DNA from: an uncultured Clostridia bacterium
Lineage (GTDB): Bacteria > Bacillota > Clostridia > TANB77 > CAG-508
Assembly (NCBI GenBank): GCA_944391645.1
Contig: CALXUH010000034.1
Coordinates: forward strand, 1 to 34,528
Length of the DNA stretch: 34,528 nucleotides
Direction of reading: 5' to 3'
In this document: positions 18,317-26,911 of the stretch, piece after piece
Layout: every line of letters begins with the position of its first letter
Numbering within the stretch: position 1 is the stretch's first letter
The notes under the pieces: model-generated
The model's input: the letters and a program-made list of their open reading frames with translations, nothing else
Told to the model about the DNA's origin: nothing
Databases searched by the model: none
Position numbers and translations under genes: made by a program

Positions 18317-20366
18317 TTAAATATTAATTTTCTTACCAAATTTATTATTTACTTGTTTTTTTAATCTTATATTTTTTTCATCCTCTAATTTTGGGTCTTG
18401 ATTAATTATTTTAATTGCTACACTTTGTATCGATTTTAATGTTTCTATATCATCAAATAGATTAGCTATTTTAAATTCAGGAAGTCCATGTTGTTTTGTC
18501 CCAAAAAATTCACCAGAACCACGTAACTCTAAATCTTTTTCTGATATAATAAATCCATCATTTGTTTTTGTCATTATTTCCATTCTTTTCTTTACTATAT
18601 CACTTTTCCCTTTATACTTTAATATACAATATGATTTATATTTTCCTCTTCCAACTCTTCCTCTTAATTGGTGAAGTGTCGCCAGTCCAAATCTTTCTGC
18701 ATTTTCTATTACCATAATATTTGCATTTGGTACATCTACACCAACTTCTATTACAGTTGTAGAAATTAATATATCAATTTCCCCATTTTTAAATTTTTCC
18801 ATTATAGTATCTTTTTCTACTGGTTTTAATTTTCCATGTATATATTCTACTTTATACTCTCTAAATACTTTGTCTTTATATTTTTGGGTAAGATCCAAAA
18901 CAGATTTTGCTTCTATTTCTTCATTTTCTTCCACTAAAGGACATACTATATAGCATTGTCTGCCTTCTTTTATTTGAATTTTTATAAAATTATTAACCCT
19001 GTCTTCCATTTTTTGTGATACCGCATAAGTATCAATTTTTTGCCTGTTTGGTGGGAGTTCATTTATAATAGATATATCTAAATCTCCATATAAAATTAAT
19101 GCTAGTGTTCTTGGAATTGGTGTTGCTGTCATAACAACAACATCTGGATTAATACCCTTACTACTAATTTTTGCTCTTTGCCTTACTCCAAACCTATGTT
19201 GCTCATCTGTAACAACTAAACCTAAATTTTTAAATTCCACATTGTCCTCTAATAATGCATGTGTTCCAATTAATATATCTATTTGCCCAGTTTTTAATCT
19301 ATCTAATATGTCCTGCTTTTGTTTTTTACTTATTCCACTAATTAATAATTCACAATTTATATTAAACTTTTCTAGAATTTTTTTAAAGTTTTCCAAATGT
19401 TGTTTAGCAAGTATTGCAGTTGGAGCCATTATTGCGACCTGGTATCCAGATTTAACTGCCTTATAGCTTGCTATAATAGAAACTACTGTTTTACCACATC
19501 CAACATCACCTTGTAACAATCTGTTCATTGGTTTTGTGTTTTCCATATCTTTATCAATTTCTTCTAACACTCTAATTTGTGCATTAGTTAATTTAAATGG
19601 CAACCCGATTTATTGCATCAGACATATGTACATTTTTACTAAATGCTATTCCTTTTTCATCTACCATATAACTATTCTTTAAATTTAATAAAGCTAATTG
19701 CAAAATCAATAATTCCTCAAATACTAATCTCTTTCTAGCTTTACTATATTCCTCAAAATTTTCTGGAAAATGAATATTTTTTATTGCTCTATTAATGTCA
19801 ATTAAATTATATTCTTTTAATAAATCATCTGGTAAAGTTTCTTCTAGATTTCCATATACATATTTTATTCCATTATCTACTATTTTTTTTAGAACATTTT
19901 GAGATATCTCATGAATACTTGAATATATTGGTATTATCTTACCAGTATTATTTGAATTTTCCGCTTCTTCAAATATTGGTGAATTCATTTCTATTTTACT
20001 AACATTTCGTTTTACTTTTCCAAAAAACTTATATTTATTACCTAATTTAAATTTTGTTTTTAAATATGACATATTAAACCAAGTTATTTCACAAGTTGCA
20101 GTTTCATCCCTTACTATTAACTTATATATTGTCATGTTTTTTCTAATTCTTATTTCAGATAATTTTGATACACATACTGCTTCTATTAGGCACTCTTCTC
20201 CATGTGCAACCTCGCTTATTTTTTTTGCTTTACTTCTATCTTCATATGCTCTTGGATAATATGTAATTAAATCTTCTAATGTAAATATGCCTATTTTATT
20301 TAAACTTTTTACTCTTTCTGGTCCAACTCCTTTTATGTATTTGACATCTTTTAATAAATCAATCAA
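18317..20366 (-). CDS. recG: ATP-dependent DNA helicase RecG; needs one +1 shift at CGG 19607..19605; 682 aa when joined
   Basis: N-terminal wedge region (IKGVGP...YYPRAYED...NIHFP...RLVFEEL), then AIN|GLPFKLTNAQ...RLLQGDVGCGKT...DEQHRFG...MTATPIPRT...HQLRGRVGRG. Confidence 0.95.
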
Positions 20367-20371
20367 TATTT

Positions 20372-22585
20372 TTACTTTCTCCCTTCAATATTTTTTAGTT
20401 TGTACTCTAAACCTGTATTTCTTTTTTTCACATCTACATTGTTTATCATAAATTTTATTATATCTTTATTGCCAATTAGCACAAGTAGTTTTTTGGCTCT
20501 TGTCATACCAGTATATAGTAAATTTCTAGTAAGTAGCATAGGTGATGCTTGTGGTATACACATTATTACTACATCAAATTCACTACCTTGTGATTTATGT
20601 ATTGTTATACTATAACTATGTTCTATTTGTTCTAACTCATTATATTCATACCATGCTTTTTTCCCATCATCAAAATTAATTTTTAAAGCTTTTGCATTTT
20701 CATCTATATATTCTATTTTGCCCATCTCTCCATTAAATATCCCACTACCAGTTTGTCCATCATCTTTTTCCCAAAATATATCATAATTATTTTTTATTTG
20801 CATAACTTTATCATTTATTCTAAATATTGTTTCCCCATACTTTTTCTCCTCTTTTTGCTCCCCATTTAAAACATTTTGTAATAATCTATTTAATTCTTTT
20901 GTTCCAAATGAGCCCTTTTTAGTTGGAGTTAATACTTGTATGTTTTCATAAAAATCATAATTCCCATATTTTTTTAATCTTCCAGCACATAATGAAACAA
21001 TATCTGTTAACATTTTCTCTTTATTTGTTTCGTTTATAAAGAAAAAGTCACTAATATTACCCTTTTTTGAGTCATCACTAAAAAAATCTTCCCCATTATT
21101 TACCTTATGTGCATTTGTTATAATTTTACTTTTAGCAGCTTGTCTAAATATTTCATTTAATTCTATTGTAATTACCTTACCTGAATTAATTATATCTTTT
21201 AAAACATTTCCTGCTCCTACAGATGCTAATTGATTTACATCCCCAACTAATATTAGTTTTGTTCCTAAGTAAATTCCTTTTAAAATATAATTCATTAAAA
21301 AAGTATCTACCATAGACATTTCATCTATTATGACTACATCTGCATCTATTGGTGCAATTGGATAATCTAGTTTTTCTATATCTAAAGTTTCCTCTGTTTT
21401 ACCTATTTCTAATAGCCTATGTATTGTACTTGCCTCTTCATTTGTTGCTTCACTCATTCTTTTGGCTGCTCTTCCTGTTGGAGCACAAAGAATTACTTTC
21501 TTTTTTTCATGTTTTTTATATAGGTCTATAATAAATTTAATTATTGTTGTTTTTCCTGTACCCGGTCCTCCAGTTATAATACAAACATTATTTTTATTAA
21601 CCGTATTTATTGCCTCTTTTTGTTTTTTAGATAAAATAATATTTGATTCTTCCTCTATTTCTTGTAATTTATTTTTAAAATTTTTTATTTGCTTCATATT
21701 TTCAAAATTATTTAATGCTATTAATTTATCTGCTATAAATTTTTCAGCAAAATAATATGTATTAAGGTATATAAATGTTTCTTCTTCTCTTTGTTCTAAT
21801 ATAATTTTTTGTTGTACATTTAAATTTATTAATGCTTCTTCTATATCTATTTCTCGAATTTTTAAAAGTTCTTTTACAAATTTTTTTAAATTTTCTTTAA
21901 TAACACATGTATGTCCATTATTAGATGATAATGTAAGACTATATTTTATTGCACTTTCTATTCTTTTTTCATCATTTCTATTTACTCCTAAATCCATTGC
22001 CATCTTGTCTATTTTATTAAAATCTACACCATATGTAATGTCTAATAATATATAAGGATTTTGTTCAATTTGTGCAACTGCATCTTTTCCAAGCATTTCA
22101 TAAACTTTTTTACTGTTTTGTGCGCCTATTCCAAATTTTTCTAAAAAACCAACAATCTGCCACAATTCCCATTTTTCTACAAATTCTTCTGCAATTTCAA
22201 TTGCTCTGGTCTTTGTTATTCCTTTTATACTAGCAAGCTTTTCTGGTTCTGTTTTTATAATAGTAATTGTTTCTTCCCCAAATTTATCTACAATTTTTTT
22301 TGCAGTAGTAAGACCAATCCCTTTTATTGCTCCACTTGCTAAATAATTTGTAAGTGCCTCTATTGTTTGTGGCATTATTTTTTCAAATGTTTCTATTTTA
22401 AATTGCTCTCCATAATCTTGATGATTTACAAATCTTCCCAATAGTTTAAGGCTATCTCCTTTATTAATAAAAGGTAAATAGCCTACTACTGTTGTTATTT
22501 CATTTTCCATTGTAAATTCTGCTACAGTATAACAATTTATTTCATTTTGATATATTATTTCTGTTATTTGTCCAACAATTTCCAA
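20372..22585 (-). CDS. recD2: ATP-dependent RecD2-like DNA helicase
   Basis: IKGIG HhH motif, TGGPGTGKT, APTGRAAKR, IDEMSM, GDVNQL.SVG, IFRQA and TIHKSQGSE motifs; likely TTG start 22585 after AAGGAG. Confidence 0.92.
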   Translation of the reverse strand: MEIVGQITEIIYQNEINCYTVAEFTMENEITTVVGYLPFINKGDSLKLLGRFVNHQDYGEQFKIETFEKIMPQTIEALTNYLASGAIKGIGLTTAKKIVDKFGEETITIIKTEPEKLASIKGITKTRAIEIAEEFVEKWELWQIVGFLEKFGIGAQNSKKVYEMLGKDAVAQIEQNPYILLDITYGVDFNKIDKMAMDLGVNRNDEKRIESAIKYSLTLSSNNGHTCVIKENLKKFVKELLKIREIDIEEALINLNVQQKIILEQREEETFIYLNTYYFAEKFIADKLIALNNFENMKQIKNFKNKLQEIEEESNIILSKKQKEAINTVNKNNVCIITGGPGTGKTTIIKFIIDLYKKHEKKKVILCAPTGRAAKRMSEATNEEASTIHRLLEIGKTEETLDIEKLDYPIAPIDADVVIIDEMSMVDTFLMNYILKGIYLGTKLILVGDVNQLASVGAGNVLKDIINSGKVITIELNEIFRQAAKSKIITNAHKVNNGEDFFSDDSKKGNISDFFFINETNKEKMLTDIVSLCAGRLKKYGNYDFYENIQVLTPTKKGSFGTKELNRLLQNVLNGEQKEEKKYGETIFRINDKVMQIKNNYDIFWEKDDGQTGSGIFNGEMGKIEYIDENAKALKINFDDGKKAWYEYNELEQIEHSYSITIHKSQGSEFDVVIMCIPQASPMLLTRNLLYTGMTRAKKLLVLIGNKDIIKFMINNVDVKKRNTGLEYKLKNIEGRK

Positions 22586-22675
22586 AACTTTCTCCTTAAT
22601 GCTTTTATTTATATAATATATCACAAAAAATAAGACAAGTAAATTATATTTAAAAAATAATACATTGTCTAATAA

Positions 22676-23032
22676 TTATTTAATATCTTCTATACTATCT
22701 ATTATCTCCTTACATTTTTTCCAATTAATTATTTTCATACTTGTATATTCTTCTTGCAATTTTCTTAAAATATCTATTGTTTTATCACTAGAATTTAAGT
22801 CTGTTACTAAAATATTTTTTATATACTCTTCTTTACCATAAACTAGCCTGAAAAATACTGACCTAATATATGTTTCTACGTTGTTTTCTTGATTTTTACA
22901 AGCTATAATTAAATAAATTCCTTCATTTTTTAGATTTGTAATTGAACATATGTAATAAATATTTCTTATTATTTCAATTAAACCATATATGGCACAGGTC
23001 CATAATATTAAGTTTAAAATAAAATCAACCAT
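22676..23032 (-). CDS. Small membrane-anchored hypothetical protein with a truncated GT2-like fold
   Basis: N-terminal TM, then LIIACKNQE...VTDLNSSDKT.DIL; GGAGG SD before ATG 23032. Confidence 0.6.
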   Translation of the reverse strand: MVDFILNLILWTCAIYGLIEIIRNIYYICSITNLKNEGIYLIIACKNQENNVETYIRSVFFRLVYGKEEYIKNILVTDLNSSDKTIDILRKLQEEYTSMKIINWKKCKEIIDSIEDIK

Positions 23033-23074
23033 ATTGCCTCCCAAAAGTATAATATGATTGATTTTATTATATTG

Positions 23075-24184
23075 TTACATTTTTATTATTTTTTCCCATG
23101 GCAAATATTCTTTTCCAAAATGTCCATAATTCGTTGTTTTTACATATATCGGTTTTTTTAAATCTAAATAATTTATTATTTGGTTAGGTCTTAAATCAAA
23201 TTTTTGTTTTATTTTATCTATTATTTCTTCTTCTGGAATTGTATTTGTTCCAAAAGTTTCTATATTCATAGATAATGGTTCTTCTTTTCCTATTGCATAA
23301 GAAACTTGAATTTCACATTTTTTTGCATATCCATTTGCTACAACATTTTTTGCTATATGCCTTAGCATATATGCAGCTGACCTATCTACCTTACTTGCAT
23401 CTTTACCAGAAAATGCTCCTCCGCCATGACGACTATATCCTCCATAAGTATCTACAATTATTTTTCTTCCTGTAAGTCCTGTATCTCCTAATGGACCACC
23501 TATAACAAATCTTCCTGTTGGATTTATATATATTTTTGTTTTGTTATCTATGTATTTTTTTTCAATTACATATTTTATAACTTTATTTATAATTTCATCC
23601 TTCATTTTATTTAAATCAATATTTTCTATATGTTCACTTGAAATTAATACAGTATCAATCCTTTTTGGAATGTTATCTTCATACTCTACAGTAACTTGTG
23701 TTTTTCCATCTGGTCTTAGTCCTTCTATAATTTTTTCTTTTCTTACTACTTCTAGCCTTTTTGCTAATTTATGTGCTATTTCAATTGCAAATGGCATATA
23801 ATTTTTAGTTTCATCACAAGCATAACCAAACATTATTCCTTGGTCTCCAGCACCTCCGCAATCCACACCCATAGCAATATCTGTGCTTTGTTTTGTAATA
23901 TTTGTTATTATTTTACATGTTTTATAATCTATATCTGTATTTGAATTGTCATAACCTATTTCCTTTAAAACATCTCTTGCAATTTTTTCTATATCAATTT
24001 TTGCATTAGTTGTAATTTGTCCAGCTATTACAATTAAGTCTTTTGATGCAAATGTTTCTACTGCGACTCTTGAATTTTCATCTTGTTTTATACATTCATC
24101 TAAGATTGTATCTGAAATTAAATCACATACTTTATCTGGATGGCCTTGTGTTACACTTTCTGATGTAAATAAATATTTTTTCAT
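23075..24184 (-). CDS. metK: S-adenosylmethionine synthetase
   Basis: FTSESVTQGHPDK, GAGDQG, PDGKTQVT, GLTGRKIIVDTYGG and GGGAFSGKD motifs. Confidence 0.97.
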   Translation of the reverse strand: MKKYLFTSESVTQGHPDKVCDLISDTILDECIKQDENSRVAVETFASKDLIVIAGQITTNAKIDIEKIARDVLKEIGYDNSNTDIDYKTCKIITNITKQSTDIAMGVDCGGAGDQGIMFGYACDETKNYMPFAIEIAHKLAKRLEVVRKEKIIEGLRPDGKTQVTVEYEDNIPKRIDTVLISSEHIENIDLNKMKDEIINKVIKYVIEKKYIDNKTKIYINPTGRFVIGGPLGDTGLTGRKIIVDTYGGYSRHGGGAFSGKDASKVDRSAAYMLRHIAKNVVANGYAKKCEIQVSYAIGKEEPLSMNIETFGTNTIPEEEIIDKIKQKFDLRPNQIINYLDLKKPIYVKTTNYGHFGKEYLPWEKIIKM

Positions 24185-24266
24185 TAAATTACCTCACTTT
24201 ACTTTAAAACTATATCTATTTTTCCCTAAATTATTATTTTTTACTAATATAATAAATGCTTTATAT

Positions 24267-24295
24267 AAAATATATTTATTTTGAACTTTTGTCAA
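24267..24295 (-). promoter_or_regulatory. Putative sigma-A promoter of metK
   Basis: TTGACA-N17-TATTTT on the minus strand. Confidence 0.5.
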
Positions 24296-24395
24296 CTATT
24301 TTTATATAAATTTTATGTATAAATCATAATCTTTTTTGTTTTTGAATACAAATTCTCAAAAAAGTTTATTTCAGGGGAAGAAAAGATTTTAGATT

Positions 24396-24424
24396 TTGCA
24401 TTTTATGTTAATTTATGTTATACT
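24396..24424 (+). promoter_or_regulatory. Sigma-A promoter (extended -10) of the 24526 gene
   Basis: TTGCAT-N17-TATACT with a TG motif. Confidence 0.65.
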
Positions 24425-24525
24425 ATATTTGTTGTTCGTTGGTACAGCGAATTATAATAAATGTACTAAGTTAAAAATTGTTGCTGGAAATCTAGTAACC
24501 ATCTGAAAAACTAGGAGGAATATTT

Positions 24526-24915
24526 ATGGCAAACAACATCATTGTTACTGCATCCAACATGTCCGAACTGACTCACAAAGCCTTTATGGATTGTCTTTTC
24601 AAAAAAGGTGAGGACTCTACCAACTTGGTGAAGGTAGAGGGTATTACCCGTATGTTTGGACTTCACCCACAGCGTTTGGAAGAGAAGCGGGAACTCATAA
24701 CTGCTCTCCTTGCTGAACTACCAGCAGAGTTCAAGGAAGGCTGGTCTTTTCTGAATCTTTGCACCACGAAGGACGGCAAACAGTGGACAGGTCTTCATCG
24801 TGTTTGTGAACAGCTGGTTGTTATGGCAATTGGCTTGGGGCTCATGGAATACTGCTTTCCAAGAGAGTTGTGGATGATACTTCCTGGCGGAGTTCCGTAT
24901 GTTATAATTAAATAA
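24526..24915 (+). CDS. Hypothetical protein, GC-richer than its surroundings (probably horizontally acquired)
   Basis: AGGAGG SD; 129-aa ORF (GWSFLNLC...GKQWTG...LPGGVPY); codon usage differs from flanking genes. Confidence 0.8.
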   Translation: MANNIIVTASNMSELTHKAFMDCLFKKGEDSTNLVKVEGITRMFGLHPQRLEEKRELITALLAELPAEFKEGWSFLNLCTTKDGKQWTGLHRVCEQLVVMAIGLGLMEYCFPRELWMILPGGVPYVIIK

Positions 24916-24932
24916 GAAACTCCCTAAAAAAT

Positions 24933-24975
24933 CCCCCATAATGGAATCTACTAAAAATGTAGAGTTCATTATGGG
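24933..24975. terminator. Imperfect long hairpin between convergent genes
   Basis: ccccataatg...tctac / gtaga...cattatgggg. Confidence 0.6.
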
Positions 24976-24979
24976 GTTC

Positions 24980-25057
24980 TTATTTATCTATATCAAATGT
25001 TTTCTGATTAATAATGTCTAAAAATTTTCTAGCCACCCATTTCCCTATAATAAACAT
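24980..25057 (-). CDS. Putative 25-aa small protein MFIIGKWVARKFLDIINQKTFDIDK
   Basis: SD GTAGGTGA just before ATG; stop abuts the 24933-24975 hairpin. Confidence 0.5.
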   Translation of the reverse strand: MFIIGKWVARKFLDIINQKTFDIDK

Positions 25058-25090
25058 TTTTCACCTACTCATATAATATAAAGTAATTTA

Positions 25091-25119
25091 TTGCAAAAAT
25101 TATGTAAAAATGCTATACT
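25091..25119 (+). promoter_or_regulatory. Sigma-A promoter (extended -10) of the 25205 gene
   Basis: TTGCAA-N17-TATACT with a TG motif. Confidence 0.65.
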
Positions 25120-25204
25120 ATAATCGTTTAATTTTTTTATCCTGTTTTACAGGTTGATATATAGGCAGTTATTATAAAATAATTATTTTAAGGAGGACTC
25201 AAAA

Positions 25205-25876
25205 ATGAAAAACTTAATCGAAAACTTATTAGACAACTGGGCTGGTGGTTTGATTTATCTTATTACAGATGACCTCATTTCCTTTTACACATTTTTCACA
25301 GTCATCTTGGCTGAATGCTCTTATCTTTGGGCATTCTATGAATTTGAGATTGCTTCTCCGATTACATTTATCCTATTAGGCTACATTCTCAATGTTATTG
25401 TGTTTGCTCGCCTTAAGGGTAACGCAGAAGGTACAAAACTTGAGAAAGCTTTTTCAACCCTTTATGTAGCCGTTTTTGTTACATTTTTTATACTTGGATG
25501 TTGCTTTAATTGGGCTATAATCATTATAGCTACTGCAATTTCTTTTGGGGTTACAGCACTTTGGATAGTGATAAGGAAATACCCATTATTTGACAATCGC
25601 ATTTTCTGGATATTAACACAAATTATAGTAATTGGAACACCTTTTGTTGCTTTTGTAATTTTCTATACTAAGATTCCATTTTTACCCACAGCACTAAAGG
25701 TTATTATTCCTGTGTTATATTTAATCTTCTCTCCTCTTATTGCATATTTTGAAGATGATACAGCAGCTTCTAATATCTTTGAATTAGCATATGATATAAC
25801 TTGGAGTAAAGAATATGAAGAATGTTGTGAAAAATTCAAAATGCTGGAAGAAGATGTAAATAACCAAGAAATGTGA
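25205..25876 (+). CDS. Hypothetical multi-pass membrane protein
   Basis: AAGGAGG SD; about 6 hydrophobic segments; no family recognised. Confidence 0.75.
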   Translation: MKNLIENLLDNWAGGLIYLITDDLISFYTFFTVILAECSYLWAFYEFEIASPITFILLGYILNVIVFARLKGNAEGTKLEKAFSTLYVAVFVTFFILGCCFNWAIIIIATAISFGVTALWIVIRKYPLFDNRIFWILTQIIVIGTPFVAFVIFYTKIPFLPTALKVIIPVLYLIFSPLIAYFEDDTAASNIFELAYDITWSKEYEECCEKFKMLEEDVNNQEM

Positions 25877-25895
25877 TATAATACTTTCGATTAAC

Positions 25896-25926
25896 AAAAA
25901 GGGAAAGCACTCTGCTTTCCCTTTTT
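25896..25926. terminator. Bidirectional rho-independent terminator
   Basis: aaaaagggaaagca-ctc-tgctttcccttttt. Confidence 0.8.
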
Positions 25927-25934
25927 GCTTTCTT

Positions 25935-26009
25935 TTATAAAAAAGACCTTTCAGTTTCAAATAACTTAGTTATTATGCGTTCTTTTACATAATTTATTAT
26001 TTTTTTCAA
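25935..26009 (-). CDS. Putative 24-aa small protein MKKIINYVKERIITKLFETERSFL (TTG start)
   Basis: GGAGATG SD 7 nt upstream; CATATTTAT -10-like element further upstream; ends just before the terminator. Confidence 0.4.
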   Translation of the reverse strand: MKKIINYVKERIITKLFETERSFL

Positions 26010-26113
26010 ATGCTTTCATCTCCATTTGTATGATAAATATGTAAAAAAATAACACTAACTTTTAAATGATATATAATCAATACTGTTTTATTGCGTTCAA
26101 ACAAATATGTCAT

Positions 26114-26470
26114 TGGTGGAGATGGAGGGAGTTGAACCCTCGTCCAATAATTTTTCCACACAAACTTCTACGAGTGTAGTTTGTTATTATCTTTTCCCTT
26201 AGTTCTTTGCAAACAAACACGCTTAGAACCTTGGTAGCCTTTTATTTACCCGTTATTTTCAAGGCAAAAATAACTTTGTTTCCTACTTTAATTTGCGCCT
26301 TATTAGTACCAGTAGGCCTTACTTATAAGACGACGTTACTTTTATTAAGCAGCGTATGCTAATTGATTATCAGCGTTTAATTTTATTTCGCTTTTTTTAA
26401 GTGGCCGAAGCGACCATCCACTACTCGCTATCTGCATTTCTAAATTACTGTCGAAACCCATTACATCCCC
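26114..26470 (-). ncRNA. ssrA: tmRNA; tag reading frame 26374..26345 encodes ADNQLAYAA followed by two stops
   Basis: 5' GGGGATGTAATGGGTTTCGAC, 3' GGGTTCAACTCCCTCCATCTCCACCA; 357 nt; tag ends in YAA. Confidence 0.97.
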
Positions 26471-26487
26471 ATAATTTCTACTTATAT

Positions 26488-26516
26488 ATTATACTATCAT
26501 TTTTAAATTTATACAA
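26488..26516 (-). promoter_or_regulatory. Sigma-A promoter of tmRNA
   Basis: TTGTAT-N17-TATAAT on the minus strand. Confidence 0.65.
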
Positions 26517-26578
26517 CTATTTTTTTATTATCTCTTGCATATTTTTTTATTATATGTTAATATATTTTAGTAGTTTTT

Positions 26579-26653
26579 AGGGGTATAGTGTTAATGGTAG
26601 CACATCGGTCTCCAAAACCGCCTGTGAGGGTTCGAATCCTTCTACCCCTGCCA
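26579..26653 (+). tRNA. trnW: tRNA-Trp (anticodon CCA at 26612..26614)
   Basis: Cloverleaf: AGGGGTA/TACCCCT acceptor stem, CTCCAAA loop, GGTTCGAATCC T-arm, G73 and encoded CCA. Confidence 0.96.
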
Positions 26654-26658
26654 ATATT

Positions 26659-26684
26659 AAAGCCTAATATTAATATTAGGCTTT
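26659..26684. terminator. Bidirectional terminator after tRNA-Trp
   Basis: aaagcctaatatt / aatattaggcttt palindrome. Confidence 0.75.
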
Positions 26685-26697
26685 ATTTTTATAGCTA

Positions 26698-26826
26698 TTA
26701 GTTTTTATCATTTTTTTCCTCTGTTTTCTCATAATATTTTATGCCCATTTTATAGCTTTTTTTTATTTGTTCTAGATTTTCTTTTATTAATTGCTTATTT
26801 TTATTTTTTAAATTATTGTTAATCAA
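26698..26826 (-). CDS. Putative 42-aa K/N/E-rich small protein (TTG start; MINNNLKNKNKQLIKENLEQIKKSYKMGIKYYEKTEEKNDKN)
   Basis: Perfect AGGAGG SD 7 nt upstream; open for 42 codons in very AT-rich DNA; ends before the terminator. Confidence 0.65.
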   Translation of the reverse strand: MINNNLKNKNKQLIKENLEQIKKSYKMGIKYYEKTEEKNDKN

Positions 26827-26911
26827 TTTAAAACCTCCTATAGAATGTAATAATATTATTATGCGAACTTTTTCATTTTTTATTAGGAGTTTTAAATTAA
26901 TTATACCCTTA

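Noticed and set aside
7-20366. Calling sigK, GH57, DUF2752, gpr and recG pseudogenes, or ordinary homopolymer sequencing errors
   Set aside because: All six breaks are +1, sit on an in-frame CGG and have no accompanying nonsense or -1 lesions, while long A/T runs elsewhere show no indels. Disfavoured, but not formally excluded without reads.
24185-24300. SAM (S-box) riboswitch upstream of metK
   Set aside because: The leader is short and extremely AT-rich, with no S-box core motifs.
24718-24969. 83-aa minus-strand ORF
   Set aside because: Antisense to the 24526 gene, which has the promoter and SD; it starts inside the terminator hairpin.
24300-26113. Prophage or integrative element inserted at tmRNA; attC-type integron cassettes
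   Set aside because: No integrase, no duplicated tmRNA 3' end, and the hairpins share no sequence and fit terminators.
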